Positions 45,384 through 54,641 of a stretch of 64,000 nt of DNA are shown piece by piece. Both the position numbers and the translations under genes were made by a program. How positions within the stretch are numbered: the first letter of the stretch is position 1; each line of letters begins with the position of its first letter. Below the pieces are notes generated by a model, which was not told the origin of the DNA, did no database searches, and was given only the letters and a program-made list of their open reading frames with translations. Source of the DNA: a virus; the IMG/VR virus record IMGVR_UViG_3300046542_000168, positions 32,001-96,000 of that record, one strand, 5' to 3'.

Positions 45384-48068
45384 ATGAGTGCAATGGGTCT
45401 TGTGACCACACTTCCGGGTGTAGACAACACTGCTAACTTGAACCTAGACTTCATTAACCAGAAGTATTCGGTTAACGGGGTTAGCAAAAACTTTAACGAA
45501 GTTATTACGTTCTCCCGTAATAGCACTGCAACTTACTTCGGCAGCGACGGCCTACTTAAAACTGCTGGAGTTAACACGCCAAGGTTTGAGTTCGATCCTG
45601 TCACTAAAGCTAATAATGGCTTTCTGGCCGAAGAGGCACGGACTAACTTCCTGACATACAGCGAACAGTTTGATAACGCTGCATGGGCCAAGGCAGGCAG
45701 CATCCTAGTGACACCCAACGCAACAGTTGCTCCAGACGGAACTGTATCTGCTGACAAGATAATCACACTAACAGGCGTGGCCACAGCATCATCCAGCGTG
45801 GTTCAAACAGTTGCTAAAGCTGCAACACCTAATACCTATACCGCCAGTGTTTACGCAAAAGCTGGTGAGATGGATATTATTAGATTGTTCATGTATGGAG
45901 CAAACACAACTACAGCCCGGTGCTTGGCCAACTACAACCTATCTACGGGTGTAACCAGCGCCTTGAACCAAGGAAGTGATGGCTTTAATAACGCCACTGT
46001 ATCAATGACTGCCGTTGGTGGTGGTTGGTACAGATGCACGATGACCGCCACTACTGACAGCGCTACTACTGTGGGTGTCCGATTCTATTCCATGCACACC
46101 ACGATTGTGACTGGGGATAGCGTATCGGGTATGTATGTATGGGGTGCCCAACTAGAGGCTGGCCTATTTGCAACATCGTATATCCCATCTCAAGTAGGGT
46201 TTACGGGACGGACTAGTACTGCTACTTACTTAGATAGCACTGGGGTATTGAGAACGGCTGCTGCCGGTGTTGCCCGCAATGGTTACAGCTTGAATGGTAG
46301 TACATGGACTCCACAAGGACTGGTACTAGAAGCTGCTGCAACTAATATCACAACATACTCCGCCCTGAATCATGCTTCGTGGACAAGAGGGACAGGCGCT
46401 ACATGGACCGACGGGCAGGTATTTGTTGATGGCACTAATACAGCAATACTAGCTACAGGGCTTACAGGGAGTACCATCACAGGTACAGGTACAGCCATGT
46501 ATCGTACACTTATTCCTGTGACTGCTGCTTCGACCTACACATTCAGTGTGTTTGCTAAGTTGAAGACTGCGAGCACTACAGGGATTAGACTGCGAGTACA
46601 GTCGAACCCATCTGCCACTAACTTCAACGTTGATGTCCCGCTGATAACAACTGATTGGACCCGAGCCTCTATCACCGTGACGATTCCGGCTGGAGACACG
46701 AGTGTTGTACTCCTGATGGGTACTGCTACATCACCTATCGATGTCTACCTTGGCGGTGTTCAACTGGAGCTAGGAACATACCCAACATCCTATATTCCGA
46801 CACCAGCAACTTTTACATCCCGCTCTAGTGTTGCCACCTACCAAGACTCCGCTGGAGTATTGCAGACAGCAGCAACTAACGTGGCTCGCAGTGATGCTTA
46901 CAGCTACGACTCGGCAGGCACTCTGCGTCCAATCGGACTGCTGCTGGAGACTGCTGCTGCAACCAATCTTCAAATATACAGCGAGCAGTTCGATAACGCT
47001 GCATACTCGAAGAGCGCTGCTACGATTGTTGCAAACTCTACAGCCGCCCCAAACTCGGCAACGACTGCTGATAAAATGGTTGAAACCGTGGCGACAGGTG
47101 TTCATTACCTTGACTATGTATATAACGGTACATTTGCAACAGGGGATACATATACATACTCGGTATTTGTGAAGCCTGCTGGTCGTACTTTTGTTCGGCT
47201 TAACTTCTACTATGCAATCGGCTCGTCTGGCGGTGGTAACGCACTCTTTGATCTTACGAACAAGGCCATTACGTTTTCTGGTGGTGTTACAACTACACAG
47301 GGTATGGTCACTATGGCTAATGGCTGGGTTCGTTGCTGGATTTCTGGCGTGGTTGACACCCCGGCTGAAACGCGCCTTCTAACAAGGGTTCTGATTAGTG
47401 ATGGTACTTCTGGCAGTTCATATACTGGAGATGGTACATCTGGTCTTTATCTGTGGGGTAGTCAACTTGAGACTGGTAGGAACTTCACTAGTTACATCCC
47501 AACAGTAGCAACAAGTGTAACTCGCTCGGCGGATGTTGCTACCAGCGTAGCTGCCACAAGAGCTGCTGATGTATCCACTAGTTCTACTGCAACCCGTGCG
47601 AAAGACGCTGTATCTATCGAGACACTAACTCCTTGGTACAACCCATCGGCTGGGACTATCTCACTAAACTATACACCCCTTGGACCTAGAACTGGATCGG
47701 GCTTCACTGCTTCGTTTTCGAGCGGCACTAACGACTACCTAGGGTTCTGTTATCAGAATACTAGTGCTACCGGCGCTGTTGGTAACACTTATTGGAGGAA
47801 TGGAGGTAGCGGTATTATTTCCACTTTCATCAACGGGAACTTCGGTGCTCGACATAAAGTGGTCAACGCTTGGTCAGGAACTACGCTATCAACTTCTGCT
47901 GATGGGGCAACAACTGTTACAGGCACATCTGTTACAGCAATCCCTACCGCAACGAAGTTCGAACTTGGCGACAGATTGGGTGCCTACCCAACTTCGAACT
48001 ACTTCAGTAGCGTTCAATTCTATGCTCGTAGATTGACGGACAGCATGATTCAAATACTGAGTTCTTAA
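45384..48068 (+). CDS. Spike/fibre-like protein with three CBM-like modules
   Basis: Three R.S.ATY...G.L.TA / G...E...TN...YS / QLE.G....SYIP repeats. Confidence 0.75.
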   Translation: MSAMGLVTTLPGVDNTANLNLDFINQKYSVNGVSKNFNEVITFSRNSTATYFGSDGLLKTAGVNTPRFEFDPVTKANNGFLAEEARTNFLTYSEQFDNAAWAKAGSILVTPNATVAPDGTVSADKIITLTGVATASSSVVQTVAKAATPNTYTASVYAKAGEMDIIRLFMYGANTTTARCLANYNLSTGVTSALNQGSDGFNNATVSMTAVGGGWYRCTMTATTDSATTVGVRFYSMHTTIVTGDSVSGMYVWGAQLEAGLFATSYIPSQVGFTGRTSTATYLDSTGVLRTAAAGVARNGYSLNGSTWTPQGLVLEAAATNITTYSALNHASWTRGTGATWTDGQVFVDGTNTAILATGLTGSTITGTGTAMYRTLIPVTAASTYTFSVFAKLKTASTTGIRLRVQSNPSATNFNVDVPLITTDWTRASITVTIPAGDTSVVLLMGTATSPIDVYLGGVQLELGTYPTSYIPTPATFTSRSSVATYQDSAGVLQTAATNVARSDAYSYDSAGTLRPIGLLLETAAATNLQIYSEQFDNAAYSKSAATIVANSTAAPNSATTADKMVETVATGVHYLDYVYNGTFATGDTYTYSVFVKPAGRTFVRLNFYYAIGSSGGGNALFDLTNKAITFSGGVTTTQGMVTMANGWVRCWISGVVDTPAETRLLTRVLISDGTSGSSYTGDGTSGLYLWGSQLETGRNFTSYIPTVATSVTRSADVATSVAATRAADVSTSSTATRAKDAVSIETLTPWYNPSAGTISLNYTPLGPRTGSGFTASFSSGTNDYLGFCYQNTSATGAVGNTYWRNGGSGIISTFINGNFGARHKVVNAWSGTTLSTSADGATTVTGTSVTAIPTATKFELGDRLGAYPTSNYFSSVQFYARRLTDSMIQILSS

Positions 48069-48106
48069 CAAACCGGGGCTTCGGCCCCATTCTATTGGAA
48101 AATAAA

Positions 48107-48529
48107 ATGACTAATGAAAAAGACTTAGACGTACTCGCCCGAACACTATGGGGGGAGGCACGCGGGGAAGGATTCAACGGCATGGTCGCTGTAGGCTGGA
48201 CGATCCGCAATCGGGTATTCGACGGTAAGTCGAACTCGTGGTGGGGAGAAGGCTATGCGGGGGTTTGCCAGAAAGCCTGGCAATTCTCTTGCTGGAACAA
48301 GAGTGACCCTAACTCTGCGTACTTGCGTGGAGAGAAGGCTATCCCGTTTGCTCAATTCGATATGGCTAAAGAAGCTGCAAAGGCTGTGTTGGAAACACTC
48401 ATCCCAGATCCTACTGGTGGAGCGACACACTACTACAGCACATCAATGAAGAAAGCGCCTGCCTGGGCTGCTGTAGGCACTCAGACGGTACAACTCGGAA
48501 GACACTTGTTCTACAAGGATGTCAAATAA
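48107..48529 (+). CDS. Endolysin, SleB-like cell wall hydrolase
   Basis: LARTLWGEARGE, QFSCWN, DPTGGATHYY; first gene of the lysis cassette. Confidence 0.88.
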   Translation: MTNEKDLDVLARTLWGEARGEGFNGMVAVGWTIRNRVFDGKSNSWWGEGYAGVCQKAWQFSCWNKSDPNSAYLRGEKAIPFAQFDMAKEAAKAVLETLIPDPTGGATHYYSTSMKKAPAWAAVGTQTVQLGRHLFYKDVK

Positions 48530-48538
48530 GGAGGCCGC

Positions 48539-48796
48539 ATGGCCATTCTATCCCCTGATAGTAAAAGACTACACAAGAGCAGCACAGTCGTCCTTAGTGT
48601 CCTGCTCTTCGTGATTACATTGCTGGAAATCCTCCAGCCCCAGGTAGAGATACTGGCGCCTCTTGTGCTGCCTCCAGGGACTTACCCTTATGTCTCTGCT
48701 GGACTGAGTATTGCAATCGGAGTAGGCCGCTATGTAAGCCAAGAGTGCCTACGCATTAAAAAGGAAGAGGACGCTTCAGATGACGGCGCTGTTTAA
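48539..48796 (+). CDS. Putative holin
   Basis: Two TM segments, charged C-terminus, between endolysin and spanins. Confidence 0.7.
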   Translation: MAILSPDSKRLHKSSTVVLSVLLFVITLLEILQPQVEILAPLVLPPGTYPYVSAGLSIAIGVGRYVSQECLRIKKEEDASDDGAV

Positions 48797-49295
48797 TTTG
48801 TTTAGTTCCCTGCCGCTTACAACGGTATGGGGCAAAGTTAAAGTCGGCCTATTGGCCGGTGCTGTTGCCTTCATGGTATGGCAAGGATGGCAAATGACCG
48901 TCCTCCAGAAGGATGTAACTAAACTAGAGACGGTACAGAGTAGCCTCCAGGCCCAGGTTCAACAGATGTCTGTTGACTATTCAGTCCTCCGAGATAACTA
49001 CAAGAATAACGCTAAGACTAGCGAACAGTATGTGCTGTCCCTTAACCAGCTAAATGGTAAGTCAACAGAGCTGGAGAAAACCTTTACAGCCCTGGACAAG
49101 AAGGGCGTTGAGACGCAGCCAACGCAAACAGGTACTACCCCGAGGGTCTACCATGAAACAAGCTCTACACAAGCTCACACGAGCCCTGTCCGGGGTAATG
49201 GTGGTGGGGTTAGTAGCTCTGATGCTGAGTGGCGCCAGTTGCTCGACTCTACCTTCTGCTCCACCTTCCCCACCGACAACAAATGTTCTAAGTGA
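48780..49295 (+). CDS. Inner-membrane spanin (Rz-like)
   Basis: N-terminal TM, coiled coil, C-terminal cysteines. Confidence 0.72.
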   Translation: MTALFNLFSSLPLTTVWGKVKVGLLAGAVAFMVWQGWQMTVLQKDVTKLETVQSSLQAQVQQMSVDYSVLRDNYKNNAKTSEQYVLSLNQLNGKSTELEKTFTALDKKGVETQPTQTGTTPRVYHETSSTQAHTSPVRGNGGGVSSSDAEWRQLLDSTFCSTFPTDNKCSK

Positions 49296-49482
49296 CATTC
49301 AAGTCCCACACTATCTTCTAGTGCCTTGCCAATATGAAATGGTCAACTGGGACGAAGAACGCGGCCTAGAGAAAGCATACACAAGAAACTTGCTTATCGG
49401 CAAAGGATGTAACGATAAGATCGAGGCGTTTAGAGACTGGGTAGACGGTACGTTCCCTGTCGCGAAAGAAAAGAGTAAATAA
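49153..49482 (+). CDS. Outer-membrane spanin lipoprotein (Rz1-like)
   Basis: GAGGG SD, signal peptide with LSGASC lipobox-like motif, Pro-rich; overlaps the i-spanin. Confidence 0.75.
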   Translation: MKQALHKLTRALSGVMVVGLVALMLSGASCSTLPSAPPSPPTTNVLSDIQVPHYLLVPCQYEMVNWDEERGLEKAYTRNLLIGKGCNDKIEAFRDWVDGTFPVAKEKSK

Positions 49483-49483
49483 G

Positions 49484-49777
49484 ATGGCCGAAAATGGAGA
49501 GATGAGTACAGTAGGTAAAGCCCTGCTGGACTTCAGTAGTAAGTGGATGCTCCCTTTTGTCCTGGCCTTTGTATCCTGGCAATACACCGAGATATCGAAG
49601 CTAGAAGATCGGGTGGGTGCCCTTCAACGTGAAGCAGTTACGCATTCGGAACTGCAACTTACAGAAAGCAGGATGGTCGGCCTGCTGGACCTTAGAATTA
49701 AAAACCTCGCAGATCAACAGAAGGTTACTAACGAGTATCTTCGTATTCTGATCGACCAAAAAGCAAGCCGCCCGTAA
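49484..49777 (+). CDS. Single-TM coiled-coil protein (holin/antiholin-like)
   Basis: TM helix then coiled coil; last gene of the late operon. Confidence 0.6.
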   Translation: MAENGEMSTVGKALLDFSSKWMLPFVLAFVSWQYTEISKLEDRVGALQREAVTHSELQLTESRMVGLLDLRIKNLADQQKVTNEYLRILIDQKASRP

Positions 49778-49793
49778 GGGCGGCTTTTTATTT
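49765..49793. terminator. Terminator between convergent operons
   Basis: AAGCCGCCC-GTAA-GGGCGGCTT-TTTATTT. Confidence 0.8.
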
Positions 49794-49806
49794 GTCTGGA
49801 GAAAAG

Positions 49807-50031
49807 TTACATCCACGTCTCAACAAGTTGTGGCACGTCTGATTCGTCCCGTAGGAAGCATATCAACCCTGGAGGTACATCCTTACGAATATCTTCTAAC
49901 GTCTTAGCAAACTTCGTGACTGGTGTGATGATTAGCCTGCCGTTCACAACGAGCCACAGCCTCATTACATAGTGCTCAGGGTAGTCTTGAGGCCGCTCAT
50001 AGATCACCCAGTTCTTCATATGCTCGCTCAT
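49807..50031 (-). CDS. Hypothetical protein
   Basis: IYERPQDYPEHYVMR...VETWM; ATGA overlap. Confidence 0.7.
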   Translation of the reverse strand: MSEHMKNWVIYERPQDYPEHYVMRLWLVVNGRLIITPVTKFAKTLEDIRKDVPPGLICFLRDESDVPQLVETWM

Positions 50032-50279
50032 GATGGTTGCCTGAGTTGCTTATCTTCAGCTTCTCGCAATGCCCGCTTCAACTTCGCCCTAGTGTTCATG
50101 TACGCCCGGTGATCGCTTGGCGTCATCGATGACGAAACTAGTGGAGTATTAGGGCGACGAAACCTTATGTGGGAACCCCTGGTCCGCTCGCATTCAAATC
50201 CTAATTCCTTTGCCCATTCAACTAAGTCGCGCAATTCAGTACCAGCACGAACTACCTTACCAGTGTTACCCTTGTGCAT
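50028..50279 (-). CDS. HicA-like toxin-family protein
   Basis: LVEWAKELGF..ERTRGSHIRF..TPSD.RA motif. Confidence 0.7.
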   Translation of the reverse strand: MHKGNTGKVVRAGTELRDLVEWAKELGFECERTRGSHIRFRRPNTPLVSSSMTPSDHRAYMNTRAKLKRALREAEDKQLRQPS

Positions 50280-50577
50280 TGGAGTCCTCCCGGTTGTAAG
50301 CCAGCATTTCCTGATATTGGGCGTTCATATTGCTATACAAGCGAACATGCCGATATAACTTGTACATCATGTAGACAACAAATACTGCGTATGCACCGAA
50401 CAGTCCGCTGGATGGCCACTGCTCGTCTAAGTAATTGGTGACTGCTAGATAAGCGAACACTACTAGCCCCACCACCATTGCGTACATCAGCCGCTTACCC
50501 CGGCGAGTCCACTGCAACGGAATACGCTTCTCGATATATGCCCCTGTCAAGGGACTTACGATCTTCATGCGGCTCAT
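50266..50577 (-). CDS. Membrane protein (2 TM)
   Basis: Hydrophobic segments; coupled. Confidence 0.7.
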   Translation of the reverse strand: MSRMKIVSPLTGAYIEKRIPLQWTRRGKRLMYAMVVGLVVFAYLAVTNYLDEQWPSSGLFGAYAVFVVYMMYKLYRHVRLYSNMNAQYQEMLAYNREDSNAQG

Positions 50578-51005
50578 TTTCGCTCCAGTTTGATATCTTC
50601 GTCCTGGCCTTCAGGGAAGTGCTCAGCAAAGAAGGCAGCTAGCTTCGTGTCAAGCTCAACCGCTTCCTTGAACGTTTTCCGCTGCCTGTAGACAAGCCAG
50701 ACGTTCAAGACCGCCAATGCTAGCCAGTATAGCATAGTTAAGTGCTTGCCCTGACCATAGTATTCATATGTAAGAACTGCGCCTACTACCACTATAGCCG
50801 TATTAGCACAACTTGCTAACTGGATTGCTTTGTACTTACCACCATGAATACGCACTGCACGAATGAGGTCGAAGACAGCGAAACCCGCCATGAATCCCCA
50901 TATAACGGCAAAGGGGGTTTCGCCTGTGCAAACGAAGTAGCCCAGGAACAGAACCGATATGCATAACCACGCTGACAAGAATACAACTGATCTAATTACT
51001 TTCAT
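50574..51005 (-). CDS. Membrane protein (4 TM)
   Basis: Hydrophobic segments; ATGA coupling. Confidence 0.75.
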   Translation of the reverse strand: MKVIRSVVFLSAWLCISVLFLGYFVCTGETPFAVIWGFMAGFAVFDLIRAVRIHGGKYKAIQLASCANTAIVVVGAVLTYEYYGQGKHLTMLYWLALAVLNVWLVYRQRKTFKEAVELDTKLAAFFAEHFPEGQDEDIKLERK

Positions 51006-51352
51006 TTCTGTTCTGCCTTAAGGAGCAATCTAGTCTTGTTCGCATACTTGGTAGCAACTAGCCAGACCACACAGACCACAGTTTGCCCCATAGCATTTAT
51101 CCACTGCTCATCGAAAACGTATTCGATAGCACTGGCACAATGTACGCCTGAAATCAGGAAGAACGTCGGGACAACCCGCCACGGCTGCAAACCAATCTTT
51201 ATTAACATCACGGCAAGGTGGAAGAAAAGGAAGCTCGATGCTCCATTAAAAGCAACCTGGGAGTAGTTGTCAGTAGCAACAGATACTATCGTAGTTAATC
51301 CATTGCCAACGGCGACCAACAGTAATGCCAGGGTAATGATTGTCTTGCTCAT
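51002..51352 (-). CDS. Membrane protein (4 TM)
   Basis: Start at the ATGA overlap (MSKTII). Confidence 0.72.
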   Translation of the reverse strand: MSKTIITLALLLVAVGNGLTTIVSVATDNYSQVAFNGASSFLFFHLAVMLIKIGLQPWRVVPTFFLISGVHCASAIEYVFDEQWINAMGQTVVCVVWLVATKYANKTRLLLKAEQK

Positions 51353-51666
51353 CTCTTGTTCACCCACAGAGCGACACCCAGGGATGCTATAAACGCCCCG
51401 CCATTAGTTGCAGCGAATAAATACTGTCCGTCAAGTGCGAAGTCTACGACGTTCATAAAATAAACAGCAGCGAGGGCTAGAAACAGCTTTACAATTGATT
51501 TCAATGATGCCTCATTTTTCTTGAGCTTCTGAGCGACTAGAATCCACAGTACCACAAGGGCTGCTGCGTATGATGCACGGGAGTAGTCCCCTCCCCCGAC
51601 GAAGATGCCGGAAGTGAGAGCCGCCCAGGCACCCAGGGCGTAGCAGCTAATGACAACGCCGTTCAT
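51349..51666 (-). CDS. Membrane protein (4 TM)
   Basis: Start MNGVVISC at ATGA overlap 51663-66. Confidence 0.72.
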   Translation of the reverse strand: MNGVVISCYALGAWAALTSGIFVGGGDYSRASYAAALVVLWILVAQKLKKNEASLKSIVKLFLALAAVYFMNVVDFALDGQYLFAATNGGAFIASLGVALWVNKR

Positions 51667-51821
51667 TCTGGCTTCACAGGCTTCACGCTCGTCTTGTAGC
51701 AAGCCGTGTTGTATAGAGCCAGCAGGGCCCAGAACGCGCACCACATCTCCCTACCTACCCCCAGGGTCCACAGAGACATACCCGCACAGAACACAGCCGC
51801 CCCTACGCAATACCACCTCAC
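51663..51821 (-). CDS. 52-aa membrane microprotein
   Basis: Not in the track; MRWYCVGAAVFCAGMSLWTLGVGREMWCAFWALLALYNTACYKTSVKPVKPE; GTGA/ATGA coupling at both ends. Confidence 0.62.
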   Translation of the reverse strand: MRWYCVGAAVFCAGMSLWTLGVGREMWCAFWALLALYNTACYKTSVKPVKPE

Positions 51822-51991
51822 CCTCTCACCTGCTTAGAAGTGGTATACGCAAGCACGAACTCCAGGGCAGCAACAACAGCCATGAGAAGACCCACCCAGT
51901 AATTACCCCTTGAACAGTGGATAGCAGCAGTGATACCGAGGGCCACACCGACCCCGAAGAAAACCTTACCTGATGCACTTAACTGTCCCAC
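51818..51991 (-). CDS. 57-aa membrane microprotein
   Basis: Not in the track; AGGAAGG SD, GTG start; MGQLSASGKVFFGVGVALGITAAIHCSRGNYWVGLLMAVVAALEFVLAYTTSKQVRG. Confidence 0.65.
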   Translation of the reverse strand: MGQLSASGKVFFGVGVALGITAAIHCSRGNYWVGLLMAVVAALEFVLAYTTSKQVRG

Positions 51992-52157
51992 TTGCTGCCT
52001 TCCTGATCCATTTTTTAGTGTCAGAGATTCTACCTTACCCGGCCACTGGTCACCAGCAAGATCAGCCTTCAGGCGATGAACCGTGAGCCTCCAAGGCGCC
52101 AGGGCTGGACCTCCACTACAGGGGGGTAAAGTGTCGAAGAAAATTTCTCACGCACTA

Positions 52158-52185
52158 TTGACATAGGATTTCAGATCGATAGAAT
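52158..52185 (+). promoter_or_regulatory. sigma70 promoter
   Basis: TTGACA-16 bp-TAGAAT. Confidence 0.7.
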
Positions 52186-52300
52186 GCGGCCCATCGAGAG
52201 GAAAACACCACGCTCGATACACAGATTCGCTACACAAGATCCCCGCCAGGGAGCTACCACCAAGAGCAACCGGCCCTGGGATCACACAATACGATTTTCT

Positions 52301-52335
52301 AGCCTGATGGAGGTACTAACCATCAGGCTTTGTTG
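52301..52335 (+). terminator. Leader terminator/attenuator-like hairpin
   Basis: AGCCTGATGG/CCATCAGGCT followed by TTGTT. Confidence 0.6.
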
Positions 52336-52657
52336 CGTCCAGAGTTTTTCAACCCAGTTTTAACCCGATAGCCGAGGTCCGCTTGCAGTGGGAACTTGAG
52401 TGGATAAGTACGCACATGCATTTGTATACCTCTCCTGAGCATGCAGAGGCTGTTAAACGGAACATCGAAAAGCGGTATCTGATTCTCTGCCTGCAAGCAC
52501 GCATAAAGGAACTAGATCCTGGCCAAGAAGAAGAAGGGCAAGAAAAAGAAGTCCCTGCCCCGTAATTTCGTTGCAAAGAATTTGCCACTACAACATAAAT
52601 CCGTCCCGTTTCGGGACAAGACAAAATATTCACGGAAAGACAGTAAGGAAGTAAGTC

Positions 52658-53233
52658 ATGATTTTGCCACAGCCGATTAACGAGTTTGCCCAGAAGTACT
52701 TTGCCGCTGAGTCCCGTGCCTCTTATAGCCACGATGGCCGTCGTCTCTCATTCCGTACAGTGGACAAGAAAGCCCTGGCCCGCGAATGTAAGGTTCTGTT
52801 GGAATCTGGTGCTGTAGAACATCTTCATCAGCTATCCACCGATTTGACCAGCTACAACCCAACAAACCCGCCTGAAACTCACACTTATCGGCTGAATGCT
52901 TTCGCTGAAGTAGTGGGCATCAAGTACCCACGCTACAAGCGTCCGTCTGCGTCTAAAGCAGAACCGAAAGCTTCCTCCCTGGCAACCCCTGCCCAGGTTG
53001 TACATCGTGCCCCCGCTCACGGCTTTGATATCCGCGAAGAACTGGGTGCCAGCTTCTCGAAGGCCCTGGTTAACGGCATGACCCTGAGCACTATCCAGGC
53101 TCACGCAAAAGAAGTATTGGTTGACTGCCACTACAAAGTGCAAGTGGGTAAGGCAACTACCGGCCTACAAGAGTTGATGCGCAACACTGGCATGACTGCA
53201 TCGCAGATTGCACAGATCGCACATCGCCTGTAA
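52658..53233 (+). CDS. Hypothetical protein
   Basis: GTAAGGAAGTAAGTC leader. Confidence 0.75.
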   Translation: MILPQPINEFAQKYFAAESRASYSHDGRRLSFRTVDKKALARECKVLLESGAVEHLHQLSTDLTSYNPTNPPETHTYRLNAFAEVVGIKYPRYKRPSASKAEPKASSLATPAQVVHRAPAHGFDIREELGASFSKALVNGMTLSTIQAHAKEVLVDCHYKVQVGKATTGLQELMRNTGMTASQIAQIAHRL

Positions 53234-53304
53234 TTCCAGGGCATCTCTTGAACCTATTTAACTTGAAGTCCGGGGGTATTCCCCTGGGCGAGATGTGGAT
53301 AATT

Positions 53305-53727
53305 ATGACTACTACTTCGCGTGACAAGATCGAGCAGCACCTCATTCAACAGAAAGCCCGTGCTGTACAGCCTGGGGAACTGATTGACGATCAAACAGCC
53401 GACCGTTGCCAGTATCGGACAGCCTCTGGCCTGATGTGTGCTGCTGGCTGCCTGATTCCTGATGAAAAGTACATCCCAGAAATGGAAGGTCTTACTGCTC
53501 ACGGAGTGAAGAATAACTTCGGTGATATCTTCCCCCAGGATATCAGTGACCGGGAACTGAATCACTGGCAAGACTACCACGATAACTACTCGCTTATTGG
53601 TCACTCTTACTACTCCTACAAGAACTGGATTAATGGTGACGAAACTAATCACCCTAGCGAGTTCAAGAAGATCCTGGCCGAGACTCTTAAGCCAGTTGAA
53701 CCATCTATCGTGGTCTGCGAACCGTGA
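53305..53727 (+). CDS. Hypothetical phage protein
   Basis: CQYR..SGLMCAAGCLIPDE.Y, Q.YHD pattern. Confidence 0.72.
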   Translation: MTTTSRDKIEQHLIQQKARAVQPGELIDDQTADRCQYRTASGLMCAAGCLIPDEKYIPEMEGLTAHGVKNNFGDIFPQDISDRELNHWQDYHDNYSLIGHSYYSYKNWINGDETNHPSEFKKILAETLKPVEPSIVVCEP

Positions 53728-54149
53728 GCTTCGTTAGCCAGCAAGGCCGGGTAGCCCTGGAGAAGGTGGCAGACTGGCTGGAGGCCGGGGCCCCACATAC
53801 GACCCTGGACAATGGCCTGGCACTCGATGCGTTCGATATGTCTGTCGCGCTTGAGGTTGACCCTGACTGTGGTACGAGTTGTTGCATTGCAGGGGCTGTG
53901 TGCCAGTTTGAGGGGCTTGGGCTCAATAGCCGTGCAACAGACGGCAGTATGGGCTGGGTGCTCCCAGGCGGCGCCCTGGACCTCGCAGGGGCCTACCTGG
54001 GCATGGAGATGATGGATCAGATCAAGCTGTTCGAGCCCTGGCATCACTTCGAAGGCGGCGCCAGTTCGTTCAATAACCCGGCACGCGGTGCAGCGGTGAT
54101 TCGCCACTTCCTGGCAACAGGCAAGGTGGACTGGGACAACTTCGAATAG
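53724..54149 (+). CDS. Hypothetical phage protein
   Basis: CGTSCCIAG; GTGA overlap. Confidence 0.72.
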   Translation: MSFVSQQGRVALEKVADWLEAGAPHTTLDNGLALDAFDMSVALEVDPDCGTSCCIAGAVCQFEGLGLNSRATDGSMGWVLPGGALDLAGAYLGMEMMDQIKLFEPWHHFEGGASSFNNPARGAAVIRHFLATGKVDWDNFE

Positions 54150-54160
54150 AGGCAGAGTAA

Positions 54161-54313
54161 GTGACGTGGATTTATATCATCCCGATCTTCTTCCTCACTG
54201 ATGCACTGTTATACATGAAGTACTGGCAGCAGTTTGCTAAGCGTTACTACTTCGTGGACTATGGCATCGGCATGGGTTGGATGATTGCTTACAAGTTAAG
54301 GAACAAGAAATAG
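54161..54313 (+). CDS. 50-aa hydrophobic microprotein
   Basis: Not in the track; MTWIYIIPIFFLTDALLYMKYWQQFAKRYYFVDYGIGMGWMIAYKLRNKK. Confidence 0.5.
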   Translation: MTWIYIIPIFFLTDALLYMKYWQQFAKRYYFVDYGIGMGWMIAYKLRNKK

Positions 54314-54432
54314 TGGCGACAGTATTAACTGTAGTTGGTGGTGTGGTAGTTACCTACTTAATTATAAGCGGGCTTTATTACCACTTCAGTAAGAAAGTAG
54401 GGGTGAAAGATGACAGTTCGATATCGGGTTGA
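54313..54432 (+). CDS. 39-aa single-TM microprotein
   Basis: Not in the track; TAGTG coupling; MATVLTVVGGVVVTYLIISGLYYHFSKKVGVKDDSSISG. Confidence 0.5.
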   Translation: MATVLTVVGGVVVTYLIISGLYYHFSKKVGVKDDSSISG

Positions 54433-54604
54433 TTTTATCGAGTCGGAGCGAGGCTGGGGGCAGAAGATCGATGATACTCGGTACTTCGATACTGCTGAAG
54501 AAGCCCGCCAGTTCGTCAAGGAATACAACGACAAGCACAACCCACCTGGGCCTGTGCCTGACTGGTACTACATGGCGAGCTATCGCGGCGCTGTACCAGC
54601 GTAA
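54410..54604 (+). CDS. Small hypothetical protein
   Basis: ESERGWGQKIDD..YFDT.EEA..VPDWY. Confidence 0.72.
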   Translation: MTVRYRVDFIESERGWGQKIDDTRYFDTAEEARQFVKEYNDKHNPPGPVPDWYYMASYRGAVPA

Positions 54605-54641
54605 TCTCACAAACACAGTAAGTAAGTAAGACAGGAAGACA

